This document shows positions 16,896-26,207 of a stretch of 32,679 nt of DNA, one piece after another. The DNA lies in assembly GCA_041477755.1 (NCBI GenBank), contig JBGOUW010000002.1:1-32679 (forward strand). The letters are read 5' to 3'. The position numbers and the translations under genes are program-made. The stretch is from Candidatus Binatia bacterium (GTDB lineage: Bacteria; Desulfobacterota; Binatia; HRBIN30; JACQVA1). The notes under the pieces are model-generated. The model was not told the DNA's origin, made no database searches, and was given only the letters and a program-made list of their open reading frames with translations. Positions within the stretch are counted from its first letter, which is position 1; each line of letters opens with the position of its first letter.

Positions 16896-19004
16896 TCAGA
16901 TGAAGAATGGCGCCATCACCAGGGTGATGGTGCTGAGCAGCTTGATCAGGACGTGTAAGCTTGGGCCGGCTGTGTCCTTGAACGGATCACCGACGGTGTC
17001 GCCGACGACAGCCGCCTTGTGGGTCTCGGAGCGCTTGCCGCCGTACTGACCCATCTCGATATACTTCTTGGCATTGTCCCACGCGCCGCCAGAGTTGTTG
17101 AGAAAGGTGGCCATCAAGATGCCCGTGATGGTGCCGACCATCAGGAAGGCGGCGACCGTCTCGGCGCCGAGCCCCAAGGGGCGAAACAGCACGCCGACCA
17201 CGATCGGCATGCTCACGGCGAGCACCCCGGGCATTATCATTTCCTTGAGTGCTCCGACGGTGACGATGTCGACGCACCGGCCGTAGTCCGGCTTTGACGT
17301 ACCCAGCAGGATGCCGGGGTTCTCCTTGAACTGCCTGCGCACTTCGTTGATGACGTAGTATGCGGCTTTGCCGACCGCGCGGATCGCCAGCGCGGAGAAC
17401 AGAAACACCAACATCGCGCCCAACAGCCCGCCGACGAAGACTTCCGGCTTGGAGATGTCAACGGCGGCAAGCTTGTGGCCGTAGTGGCCGACCTCATCGA
17501 GATAGGCCGAAAACAACAGGAACGCCGCGAGCGCGGCGGAGCCGATGGCGTACCCTTTGGTGAGCGCCTTGGTGGTGTTGCCGACGGCGTCGAGTCGGTC
17601 GGTCTTCTTGCGGATGGCTTCGGGTTGCTGACTCATCTCGACGATACCACCGGCGTTGTCGGTAATCGGGCCGAAGGTGTCCATCGCCAAGATATACGCC
17701 GCGGTGCCGAGCATGCCCATGGTCGCGACGGCCGTCCCGAACAGTCCGGCGTGCTCCACGCCCGAGGCCTTGCCAAGGTAGAAGGAGCTGACGATGGCGA
17801 TGGAGATTACGATGGTTGGAATGGCCGTGCATTCGAGGCCGACGGCGATGCCGGTGATAATGTTGGTGGCCGGGCCGGTCTGAGAGGCCTCAGCGATCGA
17901 CTTCACCGGACGAAATTTGTACTCCGTGTAGTACTGCGTGATGTACACGAACGCTTGCGCCATCACGATCCCAACGATGCCGCAGGCGAAGAAGTACTTC
18001 CACGCATCCGGCGCCTTGTCAGTCGACAACATCGTGTAGGACGCAACGAGGAACCCGGCAGCGGCCAGTGCCGATGCCACATAGTAACCGCGGTTGAGCG
18101 CATCCATCGGGTCGGCATCCTCGCGGGTCTTAACGACCATGATGCCGACGATCGAGGCGAGCAGGCCGAACGCACGCGCCACCAGCGGGAAGAGGATGCC
18201 CTTGAGCCCGAAGTACGGGAAGAGGCTGACGCCTAAGATCATCGCGCCGATGTTCTCGGCAGCGGTCGATTCAAACAGGTCCGCGCCGCGACCGGCGCAA
18301 TCACCGACGTTGTCGCCGACCAGATCGGCGATGACCGCGGGGTTGCGGGGATCGTCTTCGGGAATGCCGGCTTCGATTTTCCCGACCAGATCGGCGCCGA
18401 CGTCGGCGGCCTTGGTGTAGATTCCACCACCGAGCTGGGCAAACAGCGCGACGAACGACGCGCCGAAGCCGTAGCCGACGATGATGAACGGAATCTTCTG
18501 CGGTTCGTATCCGAGTTGGTTCAACACGGCGTACAGGCCGCCGACGCCGAGCAAGCTCATCGCCACCACGAACAAGCCCGAGACGGCGCCGCCACGGAGT
18601 GCGATCTGCAGCGCGTCGTTGAGGCTGGTGCGGGCTGCCGAGGCGGTGCGAACGTTGGTGCGGATCGACACCCACATGCCGACGTAGCCGGCAATTACCG
18701 AGCAGGAAGCGCCGAATGCGAACGACAGCGTAGTCCACATTGCCATCCGCATCGGTCCAACCGGATCGGCCGGATTCGGTGTCCGCACGAAGGCATAGAG
18801 CACAAAAATCACGCCGGCGACGACGATCGAGAGCGTCCCGATGGTGCGGTTCTGGCGCCGTAGGAACGCCTCCGCCCCCTCGCGGATCGCGTTGGAAATC
18901 TCTTGCATGGCTGCGGTGCCGGTGTCCTTGGCGAGGACTAGCTGCGCCAGATATCCGGCGAAGCCAAGCGAGAACACGCTGATAGCCAAAACCATAATGA
19001 TCAT
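16896..19004 (-). CDS. hppA: Membrane-integral H+-translocating pyrophosphatase (K+-independent type)
   Basis: 702-aa ORF with GGGAGG upstream. Canonical motifs are present: [45 protein letters not shown] and [21 protein letters not shown]. Confidence 0.95.
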   Translation of the reverse strand: MIIMVLAISVFSLGFAGYLAQLVLAKDTGTAAMQEISNAIREGAEAFLRRQNRTIGTLSIVVAGVIFVLYAFVRTPNPADPVGPMRMAMWTTLSFAFGASCSVIAGYVGMWVSIRTNVRTASAARTSLNDALQIALRGGAVSGLFVVAMSLLGVGGLYAVLNQLGYEPQKIPFIIVGYGFGASFVALFAQLGGGIYTKAADVGADLVGKIEAGIPEDDPRNPAVIADLVGDNVGDCAGRGADLFESTAAENIGAMILGVSLFPYFGLKGILFPLVARAFGLLASIVGIMVVKTREDADPMDALNRGYYVASALAAAGFLVASYTMLSTDKAPDAWKYFFACGIVGIVMAQAFVYITQYYTEYKFRPVKSIAEASQTGPATNIITGIAVGLECTAIPTIVISIAIVSSFYLGKASGVEHAGLFGTAVATMGMLGTAAYILAMDTFGPITDNAGGIVEMSQQPEAIRKKTDRLDAVGNTTKALTKGYAIGSAALAAFLLFSAYLDEVGHYGHKLAAVDISKPEVFVGGLLGAMLVFLFSALAIRAVGKAAYYVINEVRRQFKENPGILLGTSKPDYGRCVDIVTVGALKEMIMPGVLAVSMPIVVGVLFRPLGLGAETVAAFLMVGTITGILMATFLNNSGGAWDNAKKYIEMGQYGGKRSETHKAAVVGDTVGDPFKDTAGPSLHVLIKLLSTITLVMAPFFI

Positions 19005-19269
19005 TGTGTGAGTTGCCTCCCTTTCAATCTCTCCCGCGTCACAGTGTGTCCATCACCGTGCACGTGGGGATCGCCGCCTTTCTGATCGGACCTGTCGTGA
19101 ACCGCGACCGGCGCGCCGCCCACCGCGCCCGGCTTCGTCGCGGGCGGGCCGCCGACTTCGCTTGGGTCTCAACGGGACCGAGCAAGCAGTCGGGGCTGAC
19201 AAAAGTAACGGTCTTCTATGCCAAAAACGCTTTCCAAACACAATCGGTGCTGCGGTTGTACCGTCAGCC

Positions 19270-19298
19270 CTTGCAACTGCACGAGGCCGTGCTTAAGT
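19270..19298 (+). promoter_or_regulatory. Candidate sigma32-like heat-shock promoter upstream of groEL
   Basis: CCCTTGCAA is followed by CTTAAGT. CTTG (19270-19273), an 18-nt spacer and CTTAAGT (19292-19298) resemble the CTTG-N17/18-CYTATNT consensus reported for RpoH promoters. The site is about 53 nt upstream of the ATG. I saw no CIRCE element in 19005-19350. Confidence 0.3.
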
Positions 19299-19350
19299 GA
19301 AGCGCCGCACCTACGCCTGAGTCCCGCGATACGAAAGGAGCCATCATCTA

Positions 19351-20979
19351 ATGTCCGCCAAGACCATCCACTTGCATACCCGTGCCCGCGAAGGTCTGCT
19401 CGCCGGCGTGAATGTACTCGCTGACGCTGCCATGGTCACGCTCGGGCCACGCGGCCGGAATGTCCTGATTGAGAAATCATACGGGGCCCCAGTGATCACG
19501 AAAGACGGTGCCACTGTCGTCAAGGAGATTGAGCTTGAGGGCAAGTTCGAAAACATGGGCGCGAAGTTGCTGCGCGAGGTGGCGCAGAAGACCAACGACA
19601 GCGCCGGTGATGGCACCACGACCGCCACGGTCCTGGCGCGCGCCATTGTGCGCGAGGGACTGCGCCTAGTGGCGGCCGGCATGGATCCGATGGAGCTCAA
19701 GCGCGGCATCGATCTCGCGGTCGCAAAGGCCGTCGAGGCCATCCAGCAGCAGAGCCGGCCGGTCAAGAGCCGCGCCAGCATTGCCCAGGTGGGCATCATC
19801 GCTGCCAACGGCGACACCGTGATCGGCGACCTGCTCGGCGACGCTATGGAGAAGGCCGGCAAGGATGGCGTGATCACCGTCGAGGAAGCCAAAGGCCTCG
19901 AAACCACGCTCGACATCGTCGAAGGGATGCGATTCGATCGCGGCTACCAATCGCCGTACTTCGTCACGAACCCGGAAAAGATGATCACCGAGCTGGACGA
20001 TCCCTACATCCTCCTGCACGAGAAGAAGATCTCGAATCTGCGCGATCTGCTGCCGCTGCTCGAAAAAGTCGCACAGTCCGGCAAGCCGCTGCTGATCATC
20101 TCGGAGGAGTTGGAAGGCGAAGCGCTCGCCGCCTTGGTAGTGAACAAGCTGCGCGGCACGCTCAAATGTGCCGCTGCCAAGGCCCCTGGGTTCGGTGATC
20201 GCCGCAAAGCGATGCTCGAAGACTTGGCGATTCTCACCGCGGGCCGACTCGTCGCCGAGGAACTCGGTATCAAGCTCGAGAGCGTGGCTCTCAAAGACCT
20301 GGGCCACGCCAAACGGGTCGAGATGGACAAGGACAACACCACCATTATCGATGGGGCCGGCAAGAAGGATGCTATTCAGGGCCGCATCAGTCAGATCCGT
20401 GCGCAGATTGAAGAAACGACCTCGGACTACGATCGCGAGAAGTTGCAGGAGCGCCTGGCGAAGCTGGCCGGCGGTGTGGCGGTGCTGAAGATCGGTGCGG
20501 CCACCGAGGTTGAGATGAAGGAGCGCAAGGCGCGCGCGGACGACGCGATGCACGCGGTCCAAGCAGCGGTCGAGGAAGGGATTGTAACCGGCGGCGGGGT
20601 CGCGTTGCTGCGGGCGCAAGCCGCGCTCGACAAGCTGAAGGTGGATGGCGAACGCGCCCACGGCGTCGCAATCGTGCGTCGTGCGATGGAGGAGCCGCTC
20701 CGGCAATTGGCGGCCAACGCGGGGGCCGAGCCCTCGGTCGTCGTGGCGCGAGTGCGCGACGGTACCGACGATTTCGGCTTCAATGCCCTAAGTGAAGAGT
20801 TCGAGCCGCTCATCAAGGCCGGCATCGTCGATCCGGTGAAAGTGGTCCGCACGGCGTTGCAAAACGCCGCCAGCGTGGCGTCGCTGCTGATCACGACCGA
20901 GGCGGCGATTGCCGAGAAGCCGAAGAAGAGGGCCGGCGCTCCGGCACCCAGCGGCGAAGACTTCGACGACGAGTACTAG
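19351..20979 (+). CDS. groEL: Chaperonin GroEL (Cpn60), orphan copy without adjacent groES
   Basis: 542-aa ORF with [54 protein letters not shown] and the GGGVALL-type blocks are present. The C-terminus is ...[20 protein letters not shown]. Confidence 0.95.
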   Translation: MSAKTIHLHTRAREGLLAGVNVLADAAMVTLGPRGRNVLIEKSYGAPVITKDGATVVKEIELEGKFENMGAKLLREVAQKTNDSAGDGTTTATVLARAIVREGLRLVAAGMDPMELKRGIDLAVAKAVEAIQQQSRPVKSRASIAQVGIIAANGDTVIGDLLGDAMEKAGKDGVITVEEAKGLETTLDIVEGMRFDRGYQSPYFVTNPEKMITELDDPYILLHEKKISNLRDLLPLLEKVAQSGKPLLIISEELEGEALAALVVNKLRGTLKCAAAKAPGFGDRRKAMLEDLAILTAGRLVAEELGIKLESVALKDLGHAKRVEMDKDNTTIIDGAGKKDAIQGRISQIRAQIEETTSDYDREKLQERLAKLAGGVAVLKIGAATEVEMKERKARADDAMHAVQAAVEEGIVTGGGVALLRAQAALDKLKVDGERAHGVAIVRRAMEEPLRQLAANAGAEPSVVVARVRDGTDDFGFNALSEEFEPLIKAGIVDPVKVVRTALQNAASVASLLITTEAAIAEKPKKRAGAPAPSGEDFDDEY

Positions 20980-21106
20980 GCGGCATTGGTCAGCAAAACT
21001 TTTGCCCTTTCCCTACTGGGAACCCCTTGCGGGTTCGGACGATTTGTGCAAAAGAACACAGCTAATTGGAGCCCACGCCACATTGGCGAAAAGGAGGATA
21101 GGAACA

Positions 21107-21358
21107 ATGGGGATTCGAAAAGGATCGCGGGTCGCGGTTGCGCTGGTTGGCTCGGTGCTCCTCGCGGGGGTGACCGTCGGGTGCACAGCGAAGATTGCGC
21201 CGGAAGATATGGCGCGCATCGACGCAGCTGCTAGCAAGTCGGAAGCGGCAGCCAGCCGGGCGGAAGCGGCAGCCAAGAGCGCGGCCGATGCTGCGGCAAA
21301 GGCTCAGGCGGCGGCCGAGCGCGCCGAGGCCATGTTCAAGAAGACGACTCACAAGTAA
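21107..21358 (+). CDS. OprI/Lpp-like alanine-rich small lipoprotein, copy 1 (83 aa)
   Basis: ORF 20909..21358 trimmed to the ATG at 21107, which is preceded by AAGGAGGA. The signal plus lipobox-like sequence is LLAGVTVGC. The mature part is Ala/Lys/Glu-rich and helical (IDAAASKSEAAASRAEAAAKSAADAAAKAQAAAERAEAMF) and ends in Lys. Confidence 0.75.
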   Translation: MGIRKGSRVAVALVGSVLLAGVTVGCTAKIAPEDMARIDAAASKSEAAASRAEAAAKSAADAAAKAQAAAERAEAMFKKTTHK

Positions 21359-21416
21359 CCTTCGCCAGCAGCGGACCGAACTGACGGCGCACCGGCAAAC
21401 AAGGAGGACTAGGACT

Positions 21417-21671
21417 ATGGGAAGCACACACGGACGAGCGGCAGTTGCGTTGCTCGGTTCGATGCTCCTCGCGGGCGTGACCGTCGGCTGTACTCAGAAG
21501 GCGGAGATTGACCCGGCCCAGATGGCTCGCATCGAAGGTGCGGCCAGCAAGTCGGAAGCGGCGGCGAGCAAGGCTGAGGCAGCAGCGAAAGCTGCGGCCG
21601 ACGCGGCGACCCGCGCACAAGCCGCGGCTGACAAGGCTGCGAGCATGTTGCCGCACAAGTTCAAGAAATAG
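21417..21671 (+). CDS. OprI/Lpp-like alanine-rich small lipoprotein, copy 2 (84 aa)
   Basis: ORF 21195..21671 trimmed to the ATG at 21417, which is preceded by the same AAGGAGGA. LLAGVTVGC is present again. It is a paralogue of copy 1 (IEGAASKSEAAASKAEAAAKAAADAATRAQAAADKAASML) and ends KFKK. Confidence 0.75.
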   Translation: MGSTHGRAAVALLGSMLLAGVTVGCTQKAEIDPAQMARIEGAASKSEAAASKAEAAAKAAADAATRAQAAADKAASMLPHKFKK

Positions 21672-21699
21672 GAACGACAAACCGTCGTTGCGAAACGAA

Positions 21700-21728
21700 G
21701 CGACCCCAACGGTGGGGTCGCTTTTTTT
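21700..21728 (+). terminator. Canonical Rho-independent terminator after the lipoprotein pair
   Basis: GCGACCCCA-acgg-TGGGGTCGC is a 9-bp GC-rich stem with a 4-nt loop, followed directly by seven T residues (21722-21728). It sits between convergent genes. Confidence 0.85.
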
Positions 21729-21746
21729 GTTTCCACCCTAGCACCG

Positions 21747-22781
21747 TCAACGACGCGGGAAGTATACCAGCGTCTTGATCGCCGACTTGTCTTGCGCCGC
21801 AACGCGGTAGGCCTCGCCGGCTTGCGCTAACTCGAATCGGTGCGTCACCACGTGGTGGGCGCGAATCACGCCGGCCTCGATCAGCGCCAACGCGGCGCGC
21901 GTCTCGCGGGGGCCGCACGAATAGCTCGGCACCAGCCGCAGTTCACGGAAGTAGTAGTCGAAGGTCGCCAGAGACAGGCGCGCATCCGGTTCGGTTCCCA
22001 TGAACTGGATCACGGTCCCGCCGCGCGCCGCGCACGTGAGGCCGGCCTCGATCGCCTCGACAGTGGCCGGCCCGGCGATCACCACTTCCGCGCCCTCGCC
22101 ATCGGTTGCGGCGAGTACCTGCTCGCGCAGGTCGCCGGTCCGCGCATCGATTATGACATCTGCGCCGAGGGAGCCCGCGTGCGCGCAGCGGCTCGGCACC
22201 AAGTCGGTCGCCAGAATCTGGCGCGCCCCAAGATGACGCGCCAGCAGCACGTGCATCTGACCCATCACACCCAGGCCGATGATCAACACGGACGCGTCGG
22301 CCAGGTTGCCCGCGCGCTGCAGCGACTTCACCACGCACGCCACCGGTTCGACCAGCGCCCCGTCGTCATCGCCAATCGCATCGGGTAACGCCAGTGTATC
22401 GACCGCCAGATTGATTTCCGGCACCAGAAAATACTCTGCCATACCGCCGGGAACGATGTGCGTGGTGCGCCAAGTCGCGCACTGCACGAACTCCCCGCGG
22501 CGGCAGGCGCGGCAATTGAGACACGGAGCGTGGTGATGGACGAACACGCGCTGACCCGGCCGCCACGCATCTGCGACTTCCCGACCGACTTCGACGATCT
22601 CACCAACCGGCTCATGCCCAAACACCAGCGGCGCCTTCTTGCGGATGTACCAGGGCACCACGTCGCCGGAACAGATGCCGCAGGCCCGTGTGCGCACTAG
22701 CGCGTCGCGTGGGCCGACTTGTGGCACCGGAGCTTCCTCGATGCGCACGTCGAGGAAATCGTAGAGCCGGGCAACTTTCAC
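21747..22781 (-). CDS. Zn-dependent alcohol/polyol dehydrogenase (MDR superfamily)
   Basis: 344-aa ORF. The catalytic Zn ligand context is ACGICSGDV...FGHEPVGEIVEVG. The structural Zn motif is CLNCRACRRGEFVQC. The Rossmann glycine motif is IIGLGVMG. Confidence 0.85.
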   Translation of the reverse strand: MKVARLYDFLDVRIEEAPVPQVGPRDALVRTRACGICSGDVVPWYIRKKAPLVFGHEPVGEIVEVGREVADAWRPGQRVFVHHHAPCLNCRACRRGEFVQCATWRTTHIVPGGMAEYFLVPEINLAVDTLALPDAIGDDDGALVEPVACVVKSLQRAGNLADASVLIIGLGVMGQMHVLLARHLGARQILATDLVPSRCAHAGSLGADVIIDARTGDLREQVLAATDGEGAEVVIAGPATVEAIEAGLTCAARGGTVIQFMGTEPDARLSLATFDYYFRELRLVPSYSCGPRETRAALALIEAGVIRAHHVVTHRFELAQAGEAYRVAAQDKSAIKTLVYFPRR

Positions 22782-22785
22782 AGGC

Positions 22786-23811
22786 TCACGGGATTACGGC
22801 GAACTTGACGCCGTCGCCGCGTTGATGGCTGGCGAGGGCGGCGGGCAACTCGGCCATCGAAAACTCACCGCTGATCAATGCGGGCGTATTGAGCTTGCCG
22901 CTAGCGAGCCAATCGTATGCGGCGCGCACGGCGCGCGGCGTGAAGTGGAACGGGCTGACGATGGTGAGCTGTTCGTAGTGCAACCGCTGCGTATCGAACC
23001 GAACGGTGGTGCCGGCCGCACAGCCGCCGAACAACACGACGGCCCCGCCGCGTCGCACCAGCGCCGGCGCGGCCTCCCATACCTCGACCTGGCCGGTACA
23101 TTCGATTACGACATCGGCACCGCGCCCGTCGGTGAGATCGAGCACCGCCGCGCGCGCAATCAGCGGGGGCTCGGTAAGCACGACCGTCGCGCCCGCGCGG
23201 TGCGCGAACGCCGCGCGCTGGGCGTTGCGACCGATCACTACGATCTGCTGCACCCCCATCGCGCGCAACACCATTACGTGCAACAGACTGATGGCACCGG
23301 CACCGATCAACACCACCGTGTCGTCTGGGCGCACCGTGACCTGCTGCAACCCGTGGACGACGCACGACAGCGGTTCGAGCAACGCTGCCTCGTTGAACGA
23401 GAGGTGCGCTGGCTTGTGGAAGAGGTTCGTCCGCACGATCCGCCCTGGAAGCTTGAGATACTCGGCATAGCCGCCGAGTACATAGTCATCAAACAGCGTG
23501 GCACACAGGTTCTCTTGTTGTCGTTCGCAATGGTAGCACTGCCCGCACGGCGCACTGGGGACGGCCATGACAGCATCGCCTTCGCGGAAGCCCTGAACCT
23601 GCGACCCGACGGCGGCAAGTTCACCCGCGAACTCGTGGCCGAACAGCGTCGGCATCGGGAATTTCGGATGACCGCGCAAGTAGGTCTTGATGTCGGTGCC
23701 ACAGGTGAGCGCAGCGCGCACGCGCATCACGACTTCGTCGACTCCTGCAACCGGGCGCGGCAGTGAGCGCAGCTCCAGCTCGCCCAATGACACCAACATT
23801 TGAGCCCGCAT
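22786..23811 (-). CDS. Zn-dependent alcohol dehydrogenase (MDR superfamily), tandem with the previous gene
   Basis: ORF 22786..23874(-); the 23874 start is TTG. I prefer ATG 23811 (MRAQMLVSLGELELRSLPRP), which gives the usual MDR N-terminus. ALTCGTDIKTYL, FGHEFAGELAAVG, CGQCYHCERQQENLC and LIGAGAISL are present. The start site is uncertain. Confidence 0.8.
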   Translation of the reverse strand: MRAQMLVSLGELELRSLPRPVAGVDEVVMRVRAALTCGTDIKTYLRGHPKFPMPTLFGHEFAGELAAVGSQVQGFREGDAVMAVPSAPCGQCYHCERQQENLCATLFDDYVLGGYAEYLKLPGRIVRTNLFHKPAHLSFNEAALLEPLSCVVHGLQQVTVRPDDTVVLIGAGAISLLHVMVLRAMGVQQIVVIGRNAQRAAFAHRAGATVVLTEPPLIARAAVLDLTDGRGADVVIECTGQVEVWEAAPALVRRGGAVVLFGGCAAGTTVRFDTQRLHYEQLTIVSPFHFTPRAVRAAYDWLASGKLNTPALISGEFSMAELPAALASHQRGDGVKFAVIP

Positions 23812-23880
23812 CGACTTGGCAGCCAAGTTTGGCGGCATGAGGTTCGCGTTATCCGTGGTCTGTCGCGTTGTCAAGGAAGC

Positions 23881-24227
23881 TTACGGCTTGCGCGTCCACA
23901 GAAAGAGGCGCCGAAACTCGAACTCGAACGGGCCGGGGCCGTAGGCTGGGCTCAGCGCGGCAGTGTACGCTTCGAGAAATGCGGTGTAGTGCGTGGCAGG
24001 CAATGCCGCAAGGTATGGACGGAGCCCTGTGCCCTTCATCCATTCGACGACCTACCGCGCCCCATCGGCGCCCGTTGCAGGAGCGCGAGTAGTTGGTCGC
24101 CAGTACCGCAACCCAGATCGACGATGTGCTCGTCGGCCCGAGTAGTCAGCCGCTCGCAAATGTGGCGGAAGGGTTGTTCGCGATAGTGACGGAAGCGACG
24201 GTATTGTTCGGTATCCCAATCAGCCAT
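23881..24227 (-). pseudogene. Remnant of a trans-aconitate-methyltransferase-like (Tam-type) SAM methyltransferase with central deletion and frame change
   Basis: The N-terminal piece is MADWDTEQYRRFRHYREQPFRHICERL...IVDLGCGTGDQLLALLQRAP (24227 down to about 24063), which then reads GRGRSSNG-stop. In a different frame, 24051..23884 encodes VVEWMKGTGLRPYLAALPATHYTAFLEAYTAALSPAYGPGPFEFEFRRLFLWTRKP-stop, the C-terminal end of Tam-like enzymes. The middle (roughly 140 aa expected) is absent. Confidence 0.6.
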
Positions 24228-24312
24228 TGACGCCAGGTTGCGATGACGCCATTGCTAGCGCAAGCCAGCGCTCGGTGACTGAGCCGCAGCGGACTGAAGA
24301 AGGCAGCTATCT

Positions 24313-26085
24313 GTGAACCGACGCACCGCAACGAATCTTCGACCCGGCCATCGGGCAGGGAGCGAATCTCACCTGGCGGACGGGATCGGCAACGTGGTGC
24401 GTGCGGCGCTGGCGGCGGCGTGCGTAGCGGCGGCGGTGTATGCCGGTGCCTGGCGCGGCGGACCGGTGTGGGACGACGGGATCATCGTGCATGATATCGT
24501 TCCGTTGCTCTCCAGTGGCTCGCGTATCCTGTTTCCGCCATCCGATGTCGTGTTGCTAGACCGGTACTACCGCCCGCTGGTCTACGCGACGTACGCGACC
24601 GACTACTACCTCGCTGGCGGCGGCGCGTTTGCTCGGCACGCGACCGGCATTTTTGGCCATGCGGTCTGTGCGGCGCTGGTGGCATGGCTCGCGTGGCAGG
24701 TGCAGCCGGCCGGTCGTCGTGATCCACTCGTCGCGTTGTTTGCGGGCACACTGTTCGCGGTGCATCCGATTCACGTCGAGTCGGTGGCGTGGATGTCGGG
24801 GCGTGCCGACATCTTGGCCGCGCTCGCATTGCTCGTGATGTTTTGGAACCTGCTTCGATTTGATTGGGGTGCAGGGGCGCTCGCGGCCGTCAGCTTCTTC
24901 CTCGCGTTGTGCTCGAAGGAGAGTGCCGTGTGCGGCCTCGCGCTCGCCGCGCTCGCGCTGGCGCGCAGACCCGACCGCCGAATTGTGGCGCCGCGCCTGT
25001 TGATGCTGAGCGGGGCGCTGGTGCTCTATGGTGTGTTGCGGTGGAACGCCCTGGGCGGGTGGGTGAGCCCAGAGCAGCCGATCGCCGCGCAGACCGATGC
25101 GGCGCTGCGCGCGCTGTACGCGCTGCTCTTCGAACTGCGCGCACTGGTATGGCCGTTCCCTGCCAACCCGTTCGTACCCGACATTCCGGTACCGGATGTC
25201 GCATCCTGGTTAGTATTGATTGTAGCCGTCTCCGCGCTTGGGTTGTTCGCGTGGCGTGTCGCCCGCGGTGGCGACAGCCTGCCACTCGTCGGATTGAGTT
25301 GGTTGGGGATTGGTCTGCTGCCAAATCTCGTGGTGGCGACGCATGAAGTGGCGACCGTCGCGATCGCCGAACGCTACGAATACATTCCGTCGATAGGGTT
25401 GTGTTGGGTGTTTGGATCGCTCGTTGGGTCCGCGCGTACGTTGGGTGGTTGGCGTGCGCGCTTCAGCACTGCAATAGCCGTGGTGCTCGTCCTAGTTGGC
25501 GGATGCGTGACGATAACTCGAGTGGGGATCTGGCACGACAATCGAAGTTTTTGGACGGCAGCCGCGCGTAGCGCGCCAGGGCACTGTCTTCCCCTGACGC
25601 AGCTGGCGGACGACGACCTATTGGAAGGACGCGCGGCCACAGCGGAGCAGCAATATCGTATCGCGCTCGCCGGCAAATGTCCTCCGAAGACGCGCGCCTA
25701 CGTACTGGGCCGGCTTGGTCTCACCGCGTATCAACAGAATCGGTTGACCGAGGCGGAAGCCAACTTCAGCGCCGCACGCCAGTTTGATCCCGGCGATTTT
25801 TTCGCTCCATATGGATTGGGTCTATGCGCGGCGACCAACGCAAACGCCGAGATCCGCGCCGGACGTGACGCCTCCGAGTTGCTTACGCAGGCGGTGCACC
25901 AACTGCAGGCCGCCGTTGCCTTGCGCTCACGCTTCGCCGACGCTCACTACTTGCTGGGCGAGGTACTGAACGTGCGCGGCGATGGCGACCGGGCGCGTGT
26001 TGAATGGCAAACAGCAGTGCAGGTTGATCCGACCAGTCCTGCCGCGAAACAGGCGCGAGCGGCGCTCGCCTCGGAATCGGAGTAA
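24313..26085 (+). CDS. Polytopic membrane protein with C-terminal TPR repeats (TMTC/PMT_2-like GT-C glycosyltransferase candidate)
   Basis: 590-aa ORF with a GTG start (start uncertain). About 10 hydrophobic helices are present. An acidic WDD motif (GGPVWDDGIIV) follows the first helix, as in GT-C enzymes. The C-terminal 170 aa has TPR-like helical pairs (AEANFSAARQFDP..., ADAHYLLGEVLNVRGDGDRARVEWQTAVQVDP). Confidence 0.6.
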   Translation: MNRRTATNLRPGHRAGSESHLADGIGNVVRAALAAACVAAAVYAGAWRGGPVWDDGIIVHDIVPLLSSGSRILFPPSDVVLLDRYYRPLVYATYATDYYLAGGGAFARHATGIFGHAVCAALVAWLAWQVQPAGRRDPLVALFAGTLFAVHPIHVESVAWMSGRADILAALALLVMFWNLLRFDWGAGALAAVSFFLALCSKESAVCGLALAALALARRPDRRIVAPRLLMLSGALVLYGVLRWNALGGWVSPEQPIAAQTDAALRALYALLFELRALVWPFPANPFVPDIPVPDVASWLVLIVAVSALGLFAWRVARGGDSLPLVGLSWLGIGLLPNLVVATHEVATVAIAERYEYIPSIGLCWVFGSLVGSARTLGGWRARFSTAIAVVLVLVGGCVTITRVGIWHDNRSFWTAAARSAPGHCLPLTQLADDDLLEGRAATAEQQYRIALAGKCPPKTRAYVLGRLGLTAYQQNRLTEAEANFSAARQFDPGDFFAPYGLGLCAATNANAEIRAGRDASELLTQAVHQLQAAVALRSRFADAHYLLGEVLNVRGDGDRARVEWQTAVQVDPTSPAAKQARAALASESE

Positions 26086-26126
26086 CCGCGCGACAGCGCG
26101 CGCGAGCAGGGTTCGCTCCCGGCTAC

Positions 26127-26155
26127 TTGCTTTACGCTAGCGACGCGGCTACTAG
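26127..26155 (+). promoter_or_regulatory. Candidate sigma70-type promoter for the FKBP gene
   Basis: TTGCTT (26127-26132), a 17-nt spacer and TACTAG (26150-26155) lie about 50 nt upstream of ATG 26208. The -10 matches only 4 of 6 positions. Confidence 0.25.
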
Positions 26156-26207
26156 TGCGCGACTTTCGTGGCCGTTCGCGTCCACCACTCTTGAAAGGGA
26201 GACTCTC

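Noticed and set aside
19004-19300. 98-aa plus-strand ORF upstream of groEL as a candidate groES
   Set aside because: It has no GroES-like sequence. It starts inside the hppA start region and spans the divergent promoter region.
19666-20706. 346-aa minus-strand ORF inside groEL, plus other nested ORFs there
   Set aside because: They are antisense to an unambiguous groEL and have wrong-frame composition.
22822-23766. 314-aa plus-strand ORF
   Set aside because: It is antisense to the MDR dehydrogenase, whose Zn and Rossmann motifs are clear.
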